This document shows, piece after piece, positions 1 to 8,449 of a stretch of 51,217 bases of DNA (its first letter is position 1; every line of letters starts with the position of its first letter). The notes beneath the pieces are model-generated. The model saw only the letters and a list, made by a program, of their open reading frames with translations. It searched no databases and was not told the origin of the DNA. The stretch comes from an uncultured Bacillota bacterium (lineage in GTDB: Bacteria > Bacillota_I > Bacilli_A > RF39 > UBA660). Location: NCBI GenBank assembly GCA_937926935.1, contig CALBBI010000057.1:1-51217 (forward strand). The letters are read 5' to 3'. The translations under genes and the position numbers were made by a program.

Positions 1-869
1 TTACGAACTAAGACATTTTCCTTAAGCATTTTTTTCATATTAGAAGATAAAACCAAGGTAATCATCATTGGTAAGCCTTCTGGGACTGTTACAACTATGA
101 CGGTGACACTTAATGTTAGAGCATATAAAATATTATTTATACTATAATCTTTGGAGGTAACAAGGTAGATTATAGCGACTAAAATAGCACCAACATAGCC
201 AATTAAAGCAATTATTTTGGCTAAAGATGTTAGACGTTCTTTTAGGGGACTTGTTGTATCTTGAGTTTGAATATCCTTAGCTAATGAACCGATTAAAGTA
301 GAATCACCTACAGCAGTAACACACATTCTAGCTTCCCCATCGTAAATAATGGTCGAAGAAAATACTTTGTCGTTGACTTTTTTATGCTTTTCTTTAGCTT
401 CACCATTGATAGAAGATTCATTGACTGCTATGGCTCCAGAAACAATAATACCGTCAGCAGGAATGGCTTCGCCACTATAAAGGATAACAATATCCCCTAC
501 TACTAAGTCGGCACTTAATATTTTAGAAATTTTTTTATCTCGAAGAACGGTTGTGTAGTTGTTCTTAGCGGCAGCTTCTAAGTTTTTGAAAGCTTCTTCC
601 GAGGCATACTCTGAGATAGCACCGATTACTGAGGCTAGAACGATGGCGATTAGTATTCCAATGGTTTCAAAAAAGTCAAAATCACGAAAAAGAAAAACTA
701 TTTTAATAGCTAAAACAATGAGAAGAATTTTAATTATTGGGTCGCTAAAGGACTCTAATATAAGTTGAAATAAGGATTTAGGTTTTACTTTGGTTAAGGT
801 ATTTGAGCCATACTTTTTACGACTTTGTACTACTTCTTGTTTTGTTAATCCGTTCATATCGACACCCAT
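1..869 (-). CDS. P-type cation-transporting ATPase (Ca2+/PMCA-like), N-terminal part; gene continues past the window start
   Basis: Own translation of the minus strand from ATG 869-867: MGVDMNGLTKQEVVQSRKKYGSNTL... (Cation_ATPase_N-like), actuator region ...VNESSINGEAKEK..., TM4 motif VTVPEGLPMMITLVLS. The frame stays open to the window edge. It is absent from the ORF track because it is truncated. Confidence 0.8.
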   Translation of the reverse strand, partial: MGVDMNGLTKQEVVQSRKKYGSNTLTKVKPKSLFQLILESFSDPIIKILLIVLAIKIVFLFRDFDFFETIGILIAIVLASVIGAISEYASEEAFKNLEAAAKNNYTTVLRDKKISKILSADLVVGDIVILYSGEAIPADGIIVSGAIAVNESSINGEAKEKHKKVNDKVFSSTIIYDGEARMCVTAVGDSTLIGSLAKDIQTQDTTSPLKERLTSLAKIIALIGYVGAILVAIIYLVTSKDYSINNILYALTLSVTVIVVTVPEGLPMMITLVLSSNMKKMLKENVLVR

Positions 870-906
870 TTAATCATATGAACGAAGATAGTTAAATATT
901 AAAAAA

Positions 907-932
907 TGTGGATAACTTTAATTTTATCCACA
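907..932. promoter_or_regulatory. Inverted pair of perfect DnaA boxes (TGTGGATAA-N8-TTATCCACA)
   Basis: tgtggataactttaattttatccaca. Both 9-mers match the TTATCCACA consensus. The identical 26-mer recurs at 29025..29050. It can also fold as a 9-bp hairpin. Confidence 0.7.
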
Positions 933-934
933 AG

Positions 935-1417
935 CTAATTTAATTTGTCTAAAACATACTTTTTAGCATCTTCATAAGTAATATTATAGATATATGCTAT
1001 TTCGTTATATAAAAATTTTTCAGCTAATTCATAATAATATTTGTCTTTATCAGTCATTTTTTTGTTATGGGCAAGACGACTTTGGTTACGAAAATAACTA
1101 GTTTTAATAATAGCAATAAGACTTTCTAAGGTTTCGTCACGAAGACACCTTTTATAATCTTCTTCAATATTTTTAGAATTAACATCTAAAAGAGGAATAG
1201 TTTTAATTTTACTTATTAATTTTTCAATATCTTCTTTGGTATTTAAGTGTCTTAGAAGTTTAGAACTCATATTTTTAGGAATATTGATTTTTAAAGAATC
1301 ATCAATAGTTGATTGCAAGACAAAATACTCGTAGTTAGAAATTAGTTTTTCTTCGAGTATAATACAAACATCACGTTTATAAATAACATAATCATTAACT
1401 TTAAACATATTTATCAC
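935..1417 (-). CDS. CarD/CdnL/TRCF-RID family transcriptional regulator
   Basis: 160 aa. The N-terminus MFKVNDYVIYKRDVCIILEEK...YFVLQS...IPKN resembles the CarD_CdnL_TRCF domain. GGGTGAT SD lies 4 nt before the ATG. Confidence 0.65.
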   Translation of the reverse strand: MINMFKVNDYVIYKRDVCIILEEKLISNYEYFVLQSTIDDSLKINIPKNMSSKLLRHLNTKEDIEKLISKIKTIPLLDVNSKNIEEDYKRCLRDETLESLIAIIKTSYFRNQSRLAHNKKMTDKDKYYYELAEKFLYNEIAYIYNITYEDAKKYVLDKLN

Positions 1418-1474
1418 CCACTATTCTTATTATAATGCATATTTAGAAAAATTTCTAATGAAAATTGGAATATT

Positions 1475-1514
1475 TGTCGAAATATTTGACTTTGAGTAGA
1501 ATATATAATATAAT
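1475..1514 (+). promoter_or_regulatory. Consensus sigma-A-type promoter (TTGACT-17-TATAAT) with an abutting perfect Spo0A-box (TGTCGAA)
   Basis: TGTCGAA at 1475..1481; -35 TTGACT at 1486..1491; 17-nt spacer; -10 TATAAT at 1509..1514. It lies upstream of the 1542 ORF. Confidence 0.55.
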
Positions 1515-1541
1515 AACCGAACTTAATGAAAGGGTGATTAG

Positions 1542-1949
1542 ATGTATATTTTTGATAACAAAGAAATGACTAGTAGAGAGATTTTAGATTGTATTTCAAG
1601 TAATCGTTATAAGATTGAAGACTTGTATTTAAATTTGAAGAATATGAATTATAGTGAAATTTTAAGATTAAAAGTAGAGAGTTTAGTTTTTGGAAGATAT
1701 ATGGAGGCAGATAAATTAAACCGAGTCTTATTGTTTTTAACTAAGATAAATGTTCAAAAGTTAAAAGAAGATATAAGTTTAATGGAAGATACATCTTATT
1801 TAGATTATTATGATTTAAGATTGTTAACTGAGATGCGTGACTCTTTAAAAACTAGTAAAGGTAAAGTTAGTTCAGAAGCACTAGACGTTGTCAACGATGT
1901 TATTAGAAAAAGAAAAGAAGCTAAAAAGACTTTAATTAAGAGATTTTAG
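1542..1949 (+). CDS. hypothetical protein (135 aa)
   Basis: ORF with GGGTGAT SD and a strong upstream promoter. I recognise no family. Confidence 0.5.
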   Translation: MYIFDNKEMTSREILDCISSNRYKIEDLYLNLKNMNYSEILRLKVESLVFGRYMEADKLNRVLLFLTKINVQKLKEDISLMEDTSYLDYYDLRLLTEMRDSLKTSKGKVSSEALDVVNDVIRKRKEAKKTLIKRF

Positions 1950-2298
1950 TTTCTTTTTTTATCCAGGTTATTAAGAGACCAACTATATAGTCAATTTCTG
2001 CTTTAGATAGTTCTTTGTTCATGGGAATATGGTGCCATTTATATAAACAGCCACGGCAACAGCAAGCACAGGCGTGCTGGGCGATAAAAACAGGATGGGA
2101 ATTAGATTTCATAGGGGTTTGACGGCCATCATTTAGAATAACTTTAGGTGCTAGACGTTTGGTTATTAAGTCATAGGCATCGTTAGTTATTTTAATTAGG
2201 CCTTTAGTTTTGACGTAGTCTTGCATGTTCTTATTCAAATGAAAACTAGAACGAAATTTAGATAGTTGTAATTTGTGTAAAATTAATTCGTAATTCAT
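1936..2298 (-). CDS. DUF4186 domain protein
   Basis: RLAPKVILNDGRQTPMKSNSHPVFIAQHACACCCRGCLYKWHHIP matches the conserved DUF4186 core (GHPVFxAQHATxxCCRxCLxKWH). Confidence 0.7.
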   Translation of the reverse strand: MNYELILHKLQLSKFRSSFHLNKNMQDYVKTKGLIKITNDAYDLITKRLAPKVILNDGRQTPMKSNSHPVFIAQHACACCCRGCLYKWHHIPMNKELSKAEIDYIVGLLITWIKKETKIS

Positions 2299-2304
2299 GT
2301 TATT

Positions 2305-2334
2305 CTTAGAAAAGCACTCAAATAATGAGTGCTT
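2305..2334 (-). terminator. Rho-independent terminator candidate after hpf
   Basis: 9-bp stem AAGCACTCA/TGAGTGCTT (2312..2320 / 2326..2334) with a 5-nt loop, followed on the minus strand by a U-rich tract. Confidence 0.5.
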
Positions 2335-2342
2335 ATTTTAAT

Positions 2343-2873
2343 TTATTTAATATTAATTATACCGTAATTTCCAGCCTTACGACGATATAGAACTGATGTA
2401 CATTCTTCATTTACGTTTTTAAAAACAAAGAAGTCATGATTTAATAGTTCTAATTGTAAGATAGCTTCTTCTTCACTCATTGGTTTAGAATCAACTACTT
2501 TTCTTTTTACAATGGAAGATTCGTCAGGTTCGTTTACGGGTTCAAAATCTAATAGCATTTCAAAATTTGGGGCTGATTTAGATTTCTTTTCTAATTTTGT
2601 TTTGTTCTTTCTAATTTGACGTTCTAACTTGTCTAAAACTAAGTCAATAGAAGAATATAAATCTTCAGTTGTCTCTTCTCTTCTTAAAGTAATTCCCTTA
2701 GTTGGGATAGTTACTTCAACAGTTTGATTAGGTCCTTTTACTTTGATAAATACTAATGCTTCAATATTATTAGGATTTTCAAAGTAGCGGTCTAATCTAG
2801 CCAATTTCTCCTCAACATATTTTTTGATTGATTCGGTGATTTCTATTTTATCACCACGGATATTTAATTTCAT
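2343..2873 (-). CDS. hpf: ribosome hibernation promoting factor (long HPF/YvyD type)
   Basis: MKLNIRGDKIEITESIKKYVEEKLARLDRYF... is an S30AE N-domain. There is a C-terminal dimerisation domain. 176 aa; GGGAGGG SD. Confidence 0.9.
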   Translation of the reverse strand: MKLNIRGDKIEITESIKKYVEEKLARLDRYFENPNNIEALVFIKVKGPNQTVEVTIPTKGITLRREETTEDLYSSIDLVLDKLERQIRKNKTKLEKKSKSAPNFEMLLDFEPVNEPDESSIVKRKVVDSKPMSEEEAILQLELLNHDFFVFKNVNEECTSVLYRRKAGNYGIINIK

Positions 2874-2891
2874 ATTATCCCTCCCAATTAT

Positions 2892-2920
2892 ATTGTAGCA
2901 AATAATATATTTTCTTGCAA
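2892..2920 (-). promoter_or_regulatory. sigma-A-like promoter candidate for hpf
   Basis: Minus strand reads TTGCAA-17 nt-TACAAT (-35 at 2915..2920, -10 at 2892..2897). Confidence 0.4.
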
Positions 2921-2930
2921 ATGAAAATGA

Positions 2931-3146
2931 CTAGCTAACCGCAGTCACTTCAACTTCTTTTACATCTTGAGCTTGTAGGCCTTTATCTGTTTCTATTAAT
3001 GTAAAATCAACTAATTGATTTTCTTTCAATGTTTTAAAACCTCTTTTCAAGATGGCTGAATAATGAACAAAGATATCTTCGTCTGCATTATATTCAATGA
3101 ATCCATACCCTTTCTCATTATTAAACCATTTAACTCGACTTCTCAC
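2931..3146 (-). CDS. cold-shock protein (CspA family)
   Basis: RNP1 KGYGFI and RNP2 IFVHY motifs. The ORF-track start (TTG at 3173) is probably wrong: GTG at 3146 sits 6 nt after AAGGAGA and gives M-RSRVKWFNNEKGYGFI. Confidence 0.85.
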   Translation of the reverse strand: MRSRVKWFNNEKGYGFIEYNADEDIFVHYSAILKRGFKTLKENQLVDFTLIETDKGLQAQDVKEVEVTAVS

Positions 3147-3365
3147 ACTAATTCTCCTTCCTTTTTCTAGCAAGTACTCTTTACTTGCAAGTTAAGAATA
3201 TCATAAAATATGGCATTTTTTTCATTTCTTGTCTTAAAGTATCATTTTTCTTATTAAAATTACATTTTTTAGTGTTTGAAAGAGAAAAAAGTGCATTTCG
3301 AGCAAAAAAGTAAGTATTTTAGACAAGTTTGGGGATAATAAAATATTAAAGCCTTACTGAGACGT

Positions 3366-3393
3366 TAAAAAAAGACAACTTTTTAAGTTATCT
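3366..3393 (-). terminator. Rho-independent terminator candidate after the LytTR regulator gene
   Basis: Minus-strand hairpin AGAUAACUU-AAA-AAGUUGUCU (one G.U pair) followed by U7. Confidence 0.55.
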
Positions 3394-3482
3394 TCCCACT
3401 AGAATATCAAGCTCTTTAATAAAAACTCCCCAGTAGATTACCTAGAATTTAGGCTTTTAGTAGAATATCAAAAATAGCTAAA

Positions 3483-4196
3483 CTACTTAGAAGTTTTAGA
3501 ACTATCAGGACGATATTTTTTAGATACCCTATCTATGGTTTGGCCATTGTTCAAAGTAAAGTAGCCTTTACTCCAGTCAATAACGGCGGTATTAGAACGA
3601 TTGACAATACAAGAGCGGTGAACTTGAATAAATCTATCGTCTAATTTTTCTTTTACAGCGCAAAGAGTTATAGGAACAATAAAATTATTTTTATCAGTTA
3701 CAATTATGACGTGACGGCCATAGGTATCACGATAGATATAATTTATAGATTTTAATAAAATCTTAATGTCAGTATTACGACTTTTATATTTAAAGAGTTT
3801 ATTATCTTGATTATACTTTGTTAATACTTGTAAATCTCTAGTTAACCTAGCACTCATATTGTTAAATTTTTCGATAAAATCATAAACATTATGAATAGAA
3901 CGATGGACAGTCTCAAACATTGCCACATGACTAGTTACAAAAATGATATAATTGTCTAAATCCTTAGTTCTAATTTGTTGAGCAATTTGAATGCCGTCAA
4001 TGTCTGAGCGCAAATCAATTGCTAAAATGAAGAGTTTGATTTTAGACGAATCGTCAATTTCTTCTTGTAATCCTTGGCAATACTCCGTAAACGTTTTAAT
4101 TTCGTAGGCAAAGTTATAATTAAAAATTGCCTTGTTTATAATACTTTTTATTGATGCGATAGCATCGATATCTGCATCTACTATTATATAATCCAT
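3483..4196 (-). CDS. LytTR-family response regulator (receiver + LytTR DNA-binding domain), orphan
   Basis: Receiver-like N-domain (IIVDAD..., LFILAIDLRSDIDG, IIFVTSH, DFIEKF). C-terminal LytTR-like segment (FIQVHRSCIVNRSNTAVIDWSKGYFTLNNGQTIDRVSKKY). No histidine kinase gene is adjacent. Confidence 0.7.
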   Translation of the reverse strand: MDYIIVDADIDAIASIKSIINKAIFNYNFAYEIKTFTEYCQGLQEEIDDSSKIKLFILAIDLRSDIDGIQIAQQIRTKDLDNYIIFVTSHVAMFETVHRSIHNVYDFIEKFNNMSARLTRDLQVLTKYNQDNKLFKYKSRNTDIKILLKSINYIYRDTYGRHVIIVTDKNNFIVPITLCAVKEKLDDRFIQVHRSCIVNRSNTAVIDWSKGYFTLNNGQTIDRVSKKYRPDSSKTSK

Positions 4197-4314
4197 TTTT
4201 TCAGTTTGATATATTATTTAAATTTAGCCTCTACGTATAATTCTACTCTATTTAAATTAATAATGCAACAATTTTGATATCATTTATTACTCAAATTTTA
4301 CATTATAATTTAAT

Positions 4315-4341
4315 AAAAGCTTAAATAATAAGTTTAAGCTT
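4315..4341 (-). terminator. Rho-independent terminator candidate
   Basis: Stem AAGCTTAAA/TTTAAGCTT (4317..4325 / 4333..4341) with a 7-nt loop. It overlaps the stop codon of the 4340 ORF and is followed by a U-rich tract on the minus strand. Confidence 0.45.
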
Positions 4342-4846
4342 AAATAGAAAGAATGATATTTTTTAAATAATTATAGTAATTAACAACTATATAGGAGTTA
4401 GATAACGAGATATCAGGGTTATTACCCATTATAATTATTTGTAAATCTAGAGTATCGATTAAAATTTTAGATAGTGTAAAATCGATAGAATATATCATAT
4501 TTTTATAGATTAAATAATTAGAGTTTTGATTAGATATTAAGTAGTTTTTAGGCTCTAAAACATCAATAATAGATATAACATTTATCTTAGTAAATAAGAA
4601 TTCTTCGAATATTGAAGTATAGTAAAAGTTGTCTTCTTCTAATACTTTTTTGTTTAGATAAATATTTAGCTTATGAGGAATATAGTTGGAAAATATTTTA
4701 TATTTTTTATTTAACTTCTTTATTTCGTCTAAGAATTGCTCTTTAGAGATAATCATACTATTTTGAATAGATTTTAGAGGGTAACTAACAAGTTTATCTA
4801 ATATTACTAAGTCATTATCATTTAAATAGATATTTAGTTGTTTCAT
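4340..4846 (-). CDS. hypothetical protein (168 aa), translationally coupled to the upstream M23 gene
   Basis: ATGA start/stop overlap with the 4843..5487 ORF. I recognise no family. Confidence 0.45.
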   Translation of the reverse strand: MKQLNIYLNDNDLVILDKLVSYPLKSIQNSMIISKEQFLDEIKKLNKKYKIFSNYIPHKLNIYLNKKVLEEDNFYYTSIFEEFLFTKINVISIIDVLEPKNYLISNQNSNYLIYKNMIYSIDFTLSKILIDTLDLQIIIMGNNPDISLSNSYIVVNYYNYLKNIILSI

Positions 4847-5487
4847 TTTTCCATGATATCATTATAATTATATAAATAGAATTCTTCAGGGTTAATTAGT
4901 TCGCCTTTGTAATAAACTTCAAAATGAAGAGCATTAGTACTATCGGTATTTAGTTTATTAGCACCACTTTTGGCAATTACTGTACCTTGAGAGACACTAG
5001 CACCAACTGTTACTTTAACATCGTCAACACTTTGATAGATAGTAGTTAAGTTTTTAGAATGTTCAATTTCAATAATATTACCCATGATTTCGTCTTCTTT
5101 AATGGTTTTAACAGTACCATCTAAAACAGCTAGAACATCAAAACTTTGGTTATCGGTATATAACACACCTGTGTTTTGCATATAAATTCCTTCATAATAA
5201 ATTAAAGCTGCCTTTTGCTCATCGTCAGTGGCATCGGCATTATAGAATGGAATTTGGGCGACAACCGTACTTTGATTATACGGACGGATAATACTTTTTG
5301 TTTCGTTAATAGTTGGAGTTACATTTTCTTCTTCTTCTTTAACCACGGGTTCAATTGTCTCTTTAATAGTGTTATTTCTACTAATCATTAAAATTTGATA
5401 CATTTTATAACTACTAAATAAAATTGTGGCAATTAACATAAAGCATATTGTTGGTATTACATAACCTCTTAACTTTCTTTTTTTCAT
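4843..5487 (-). CDS. membrane-anchored M23/LytM-domain protein, SpoIIQ-like (metal ligands apparently degenerate)
   Basis: N-terminal TM segment (VIPTICFMLIATILF). C-terminal LytM fold ending ...NALHFEVYYKGELINPEEF. It lies directly downstream of spoIID, as spoIIQ does in clostridia. Confidence 0.6.
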   Translation of the reverse strand: MKKRKLRGYVIPTICFMLIATILFSSYKMYQILMISRNNTIKETIEPVVKEEEENVTPTINETKSIIRPYNQSTVVAQIPFYNADATDDEQKAALIYYEGIYMQNTGVLYTDNQSFDVLAVLDGTVKTIKEDEIMGNIIEIEHSKNLTTIYQSVDDVKVTVGASVSQGTVIAKSGANKLNTDSTNALHFEVYYKGELINPEEFYLYNYNDIMEK

Positions 5488-5530
5488 ATATTCACCTTCC
5501 TATTAGGAAGTTTGAACAAATTTAGAAAAG

Positions 5531-6433
5531 TTATACTATATATTTTTGAATTTTTATATTTTTGTAATAATAATTAAGTATTTCAGTGTAATTTTTGCCG
5601 GCAGCGGCCATTCCATTAGCGCCATATTGGCTCATACCCACGCCATGGCCATAACCTTTAGTTGTGATAGTTACTTCGTTGTTTTGAAGATTAATGGTAA
5701 AGTCAGTTGATTTAAGATTTAATAAAGTTCTTATTTTAGTACCAAGAAATTTTTGGTTATTTATTTCAATACTTTCAATACGGTTAGATTTATCTTTTTG
5801 AATATTAGAAATAGTAATGTTAGAACAAGATAGATTTAACTTAGAGCAAAATTCTTCTTGAGTTAAAGTGATGGTTGTGGAAAAGTTATTTAGGGTTTCG
5901 TTATCATAGATTGAGGGAATAATTTCTAGGTACGGTAAGTCTTCATTGAAAACAGTTACGGAACTTTCGGTATAGCCATTACTCATAGAATAATAATAAG
6001 ATTTGATTAGTTCGTTATTGTAAGTTAAAACTAAGTCTTTAGTATCTAAGACAGCTTTGGATATTTTAGAATAATACTTGTCGTAATTATCTTGCCACTT
6101 AGCTTTTAGCTCGTCATTGGAGTTATATGCTTGGTCGCTTAAAGTAAGGTATCCCACATGGTTTTGCTGATATAAGGCGAAAGTACGGGAGGCGATGGCT
6201 TGGGCTTTTAGAGTTTCTTCCAAAAATAAAGCTGGAACTTCTGCTCCAACTACACCTATTACATATTCCTCAAGGGGAATATTTGTTATTTCATTGTTAT
6301 TTTTTAAAACTATAATAGTATTTTTATCTTGAAGATTAGTCGTATTTAAGTCTAACTTTTTTTCCTTATTAAAAGAAATAATGGCTAGAGGGATAAGTAA
6401 TACTATGATACTAAGATAGATTTTATTTTTCAT
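5531..6433 (-). CDS. spoIID: stage II sporulation protein D (SpoIID/LytB lytic transglycosylase)
   Basis: Signal anchor, then SpoIID domain motifs (EEYVIGVVGAEVP, LKAQAIASRTFAL, GYGHGVGMSQYGANGMA). Downstream of murA, as in B. subtilis. Confidence 0.85.
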   Translation of the reverse strand: MKNKIYLSIIVLLIPLAIISFNKEKKLDLNTTNLQDKNTIIVLKNNNEITNIPLEEYVIGVVGAEVPALFLEETLKAQAIASRTFALYQQNHVGYLTLSDQAYNSNDELKAKWQDNYDKYYSKISKAVLDTKDLVLTYNNELIKSYYYSMSNGYTESSVTVFNEDLPYLEIIPSIYDNETLNNFSTTITLTQEEFCSKLNLSCSNITISNIQKDKSNRIESIEINNQKFLGTKIRTLLNLKSTDFTINLQNNEVTITTKGYGHGVGMSQYGANGMAAAGKNYTEILNYYYKNIKIQKYIV

Positions 6434-6442
6434 AACGCTCCT

Positions 6443-6625
6443 TTAAGATATAAAGTCAACTATAAAATTGGTAACTAAGTAACTAGCAGCAAAAGCAAGA
6501 ATAAAAACGATTACTCTGGCTTCTATTGGTTTATTACGTTTCATAAATTTATCAAAGTTAACCCCGCTTAAGGCAAACATACTTAAAAAGAATGTTAAAG
6601 CATAGATTAGTGACTTATACTTCAT
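6443..6625 (-). CDS. small two-TM membrane protein (60 aa), hypothetical
   Basis: Two hydrophobic segments. Overlaps the rpiB stop by 11 nt, which suggests an operon. Confidence 0.4.
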   Translation of the reverse strand: MKYKSLIYALTFFLSMFALSGVNFDKFMKRNKPIEARVIVFILAFAASYLVTNFIVDFIS

Positions 6626-7064
6626 TATATTCTCCGTTCTCGTAAGATATGATTTTATTTACTCTTCTTACATGACGGTCTTCCATAGACGGAGTGGCCT
6701 GAAGGAAAGTATTAACAATTTCTAAAGCTTGGGCTGGTTCTAAATCAGCTGCTAAGGAAATAGCGTTAGCGTGATTATGGGTTTTAGCCGCGTAACTATC
6801 GTCAGTAGATACGACACGAGCACAGCGAATTCCTTTAACTTTGTTTGCCGCAATAGAAATACCAATTCCATTACCACATATTAAGATGGCAATATCTTCT
6901 TCTTTAGACATGTGGTTACAAACATCAAAAGCGAAATCAGGATAATCGTCGGTATCATAGTTTACTAAATCACTTTTGATAACATTGTGATTTCTTTCTA
7001 ACTCTGTTATTAAATAATTTTTTAAAGATATTCCTCTATGATCAGAGGCTATATATATACTCAT
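6615..7064 (-). CDS. rpiB: ribose-5-phosphate isomerase B
   Basis: RpiB/LacA/LacB family: IYIASDHRG..., ILICGNGIGISIAANKVKGIRCA. 149 aa. Confidence 0.9.
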   Translation of the reverse strand: MSIYIASDHRGISLKNYLITELERNHNVIKSDLVNYDTDDYPDFAFDVCNHMSKEEDIAILICGNGIGISIAANKVKGIRCARVVSTDDSYAAKTHNHANAISLAADLEPAQALEIVNTFLQATPSMEDRHVRRVNKIISYENGEYNEV

Positions 7065-7067
7065 ATT

Positions 7068-7988
7068 TTATTCTCCTTCTTCTTTTAATATTTTTTTTAA
7101 ACTATCTTTTTTATATATTAAATTCATTAATTCTATGTTTTGGTAGTTTGGACTAGGGTTTATTTTAATTAAAGCGGGTCCGTTTGTAGACATGATTAAA
7201 TCAATTTCTTGATATTTTAAATCGGGGTTTTCTAAGGCTATTTTAAGAGTAAATCTCTTGGTTCTAGGCCATTTTGGAATAGTTAGCCAGTTTATTTGTT
7301 GGCTAGTTATAGGGTGAAAATCGTAAGTATTCTTTAGTAAATCACAGGCATCATAATCAATTATTCCCGTTTCAATATTTATGGGAGCGAATAGCTCAGT
7401 TTCATTATACATTGTTATTAGATAGGAATAAATTATTTCATTATTTAAAGTTATCATTCTTATGATATTAAATGCATTAGGATTTAAGGAAGATAAGGGT
7501 TCCATTTCAGTTAGCGGTTCTTCAATAATTGACTTACCATTTAAAACTAGTTCATTATATAATTTAGTATAATTTTTTAAATCAGGGGTTATGGTATTTT
7601 TGCTAATGGTGATATCATTTGTGGTACTTAAAAGATGAGTATACTTATTAGCAAAGTCGTAAAATTCGGCGATATTAGAGCCAGTTAGTTCTAACCAATG
7701 ACGATTTAAGTAAGAATTATACTTTTTATAAAATTGATTTTTTAATTTATATTCATTAACATTAGTTAATTTATTTAATCTTTTAATTACTTGTTTACTT
7801 TGTCCTTTAGTTATTATATTTTCTTTTTCGTTCTTAGTTAGTTTATAGAATTCGTATATTTTATAATCACTGGGACTTATTTTATATTTATTGTGATCTT
7901 TTAAGTATTCAAAGAAAAGTTTTGATATGGCAATATCAGTTTTAGCATTGATATACTTAAGGACTTTGATTAGGTTTTCTTGTTGCAT
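7068..7988 (-). CDS. hypothetical protein, possibly sugar-transfer-associated ATP-grasp (ATPgrasp_ST) family
   Basis: The overall pattern resembles that family as I remember it: YKIYEFYKLTKNEKENIIT near the N-terminus; IIEEPL...LNPNAFNIIRMIT...HPIT...IPKWP...GPALIKIN. Several expected catalytic motifs are not obvious. Confidence 0.35.
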   Translation of the reverse strand: MQQENLIKVLKYINAKTDIAISKLFFEYLKDHNKYKISPSDYKIYEFYKLTKNEKENIITKGQSKQVIKRLNKLTNVNEYKLKNQFYKKYNSYLNRHWLELTGSNIAEFYDFANKYTHLLSTTNDITISKNTITPDLKNYTKLYNELVLNGKSIIEEPLTEMEPLSSLNPNAFNIIRMITLNNEIIYSYLITMYNETELFAPINIETGIIDYDACDLLKNTYDFHPITSQQINWLTIPKWPRTKRFTLKIALENPDLKYQEIDLIMSTNGPALIKINPSPNYQNIELMNLIYKKDSLKKILKEEGE

Positions 7989-8106
7989 TATAGCCTCCCA
8001 TAATAAAAATTATAATATAAATGGGGTAAAAAGGGAATAAAATTTCACCCACGTTGACGTCTGTTTTGATGTTTTAAGTAAAAGAAGATATGAAAAAAAA
8101 CTGCAA

Positions 8107-8325
8107 TTAGGCAGTCTTATTTTCGTCAGTAAAGCCATATTTACGGTTGAATTTTTCAACTGAACCAGTCTTCTTAGCTCTAGCTTGAGAACCAGTGTAG
8201 AATGGATGGCAAGCGCTACAAACATCACATTGAATTGATTCTTTTGTAGATTTTACTGTAAAAGTGTTACCACATGCACAACGAACTTCAACTTCATGCA
8301 TTTCTGGATGTATACCCTTTTTCAT
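8107..8325 (-). CDS. rpmE: 50S ribosomal protein L31 (Cys-containing, type A)
   Basis: MKKGIHPEMHEVEVRCACGNTFTVKST...CDVCSACHPFYTG. Confidence 0.95.
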   Translation of the reverse strand: MKKGIHPEMHEVEVRCACGNTFTVKSTKESIQCDVCSACHPFYTGSQARAKKTGSVEKFNRKYGFTDENKTA

Positions 8326-8449
8326 TATATCTCTCCTTCCGCCATGTTATATTCATAACATAGATTTCGCTTCGTCTTATGTATTATATCATAGTTTTTA
8401 GCAATTTCAATAAATTTGAGTGATTTTTTTTACAAAGAGTGGCAGTAAT

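Noticed and set aside
559-768. A 69-aa plus-strand ORF; also 8010..8228, 12969..13250, 36276..36482, 37877..38095, 44269..44634 and 47660..47899.
   Set aside because: All overlap stronger genes on the opposite strand or in another frame: the P-type ATPase, rpmE, prfA, SRP RNA/tadA, dnaX, mfd and metG.
2931-3173. The 80-aa version of the cold-shock ORF in the supplied track (TTG start at 3173).
   Set aside because: The extension MLEKGRRIS spans the gene's own AAGGAGA Shine-Dalgarno. GTG at 3146 gives a normal-length Csp.
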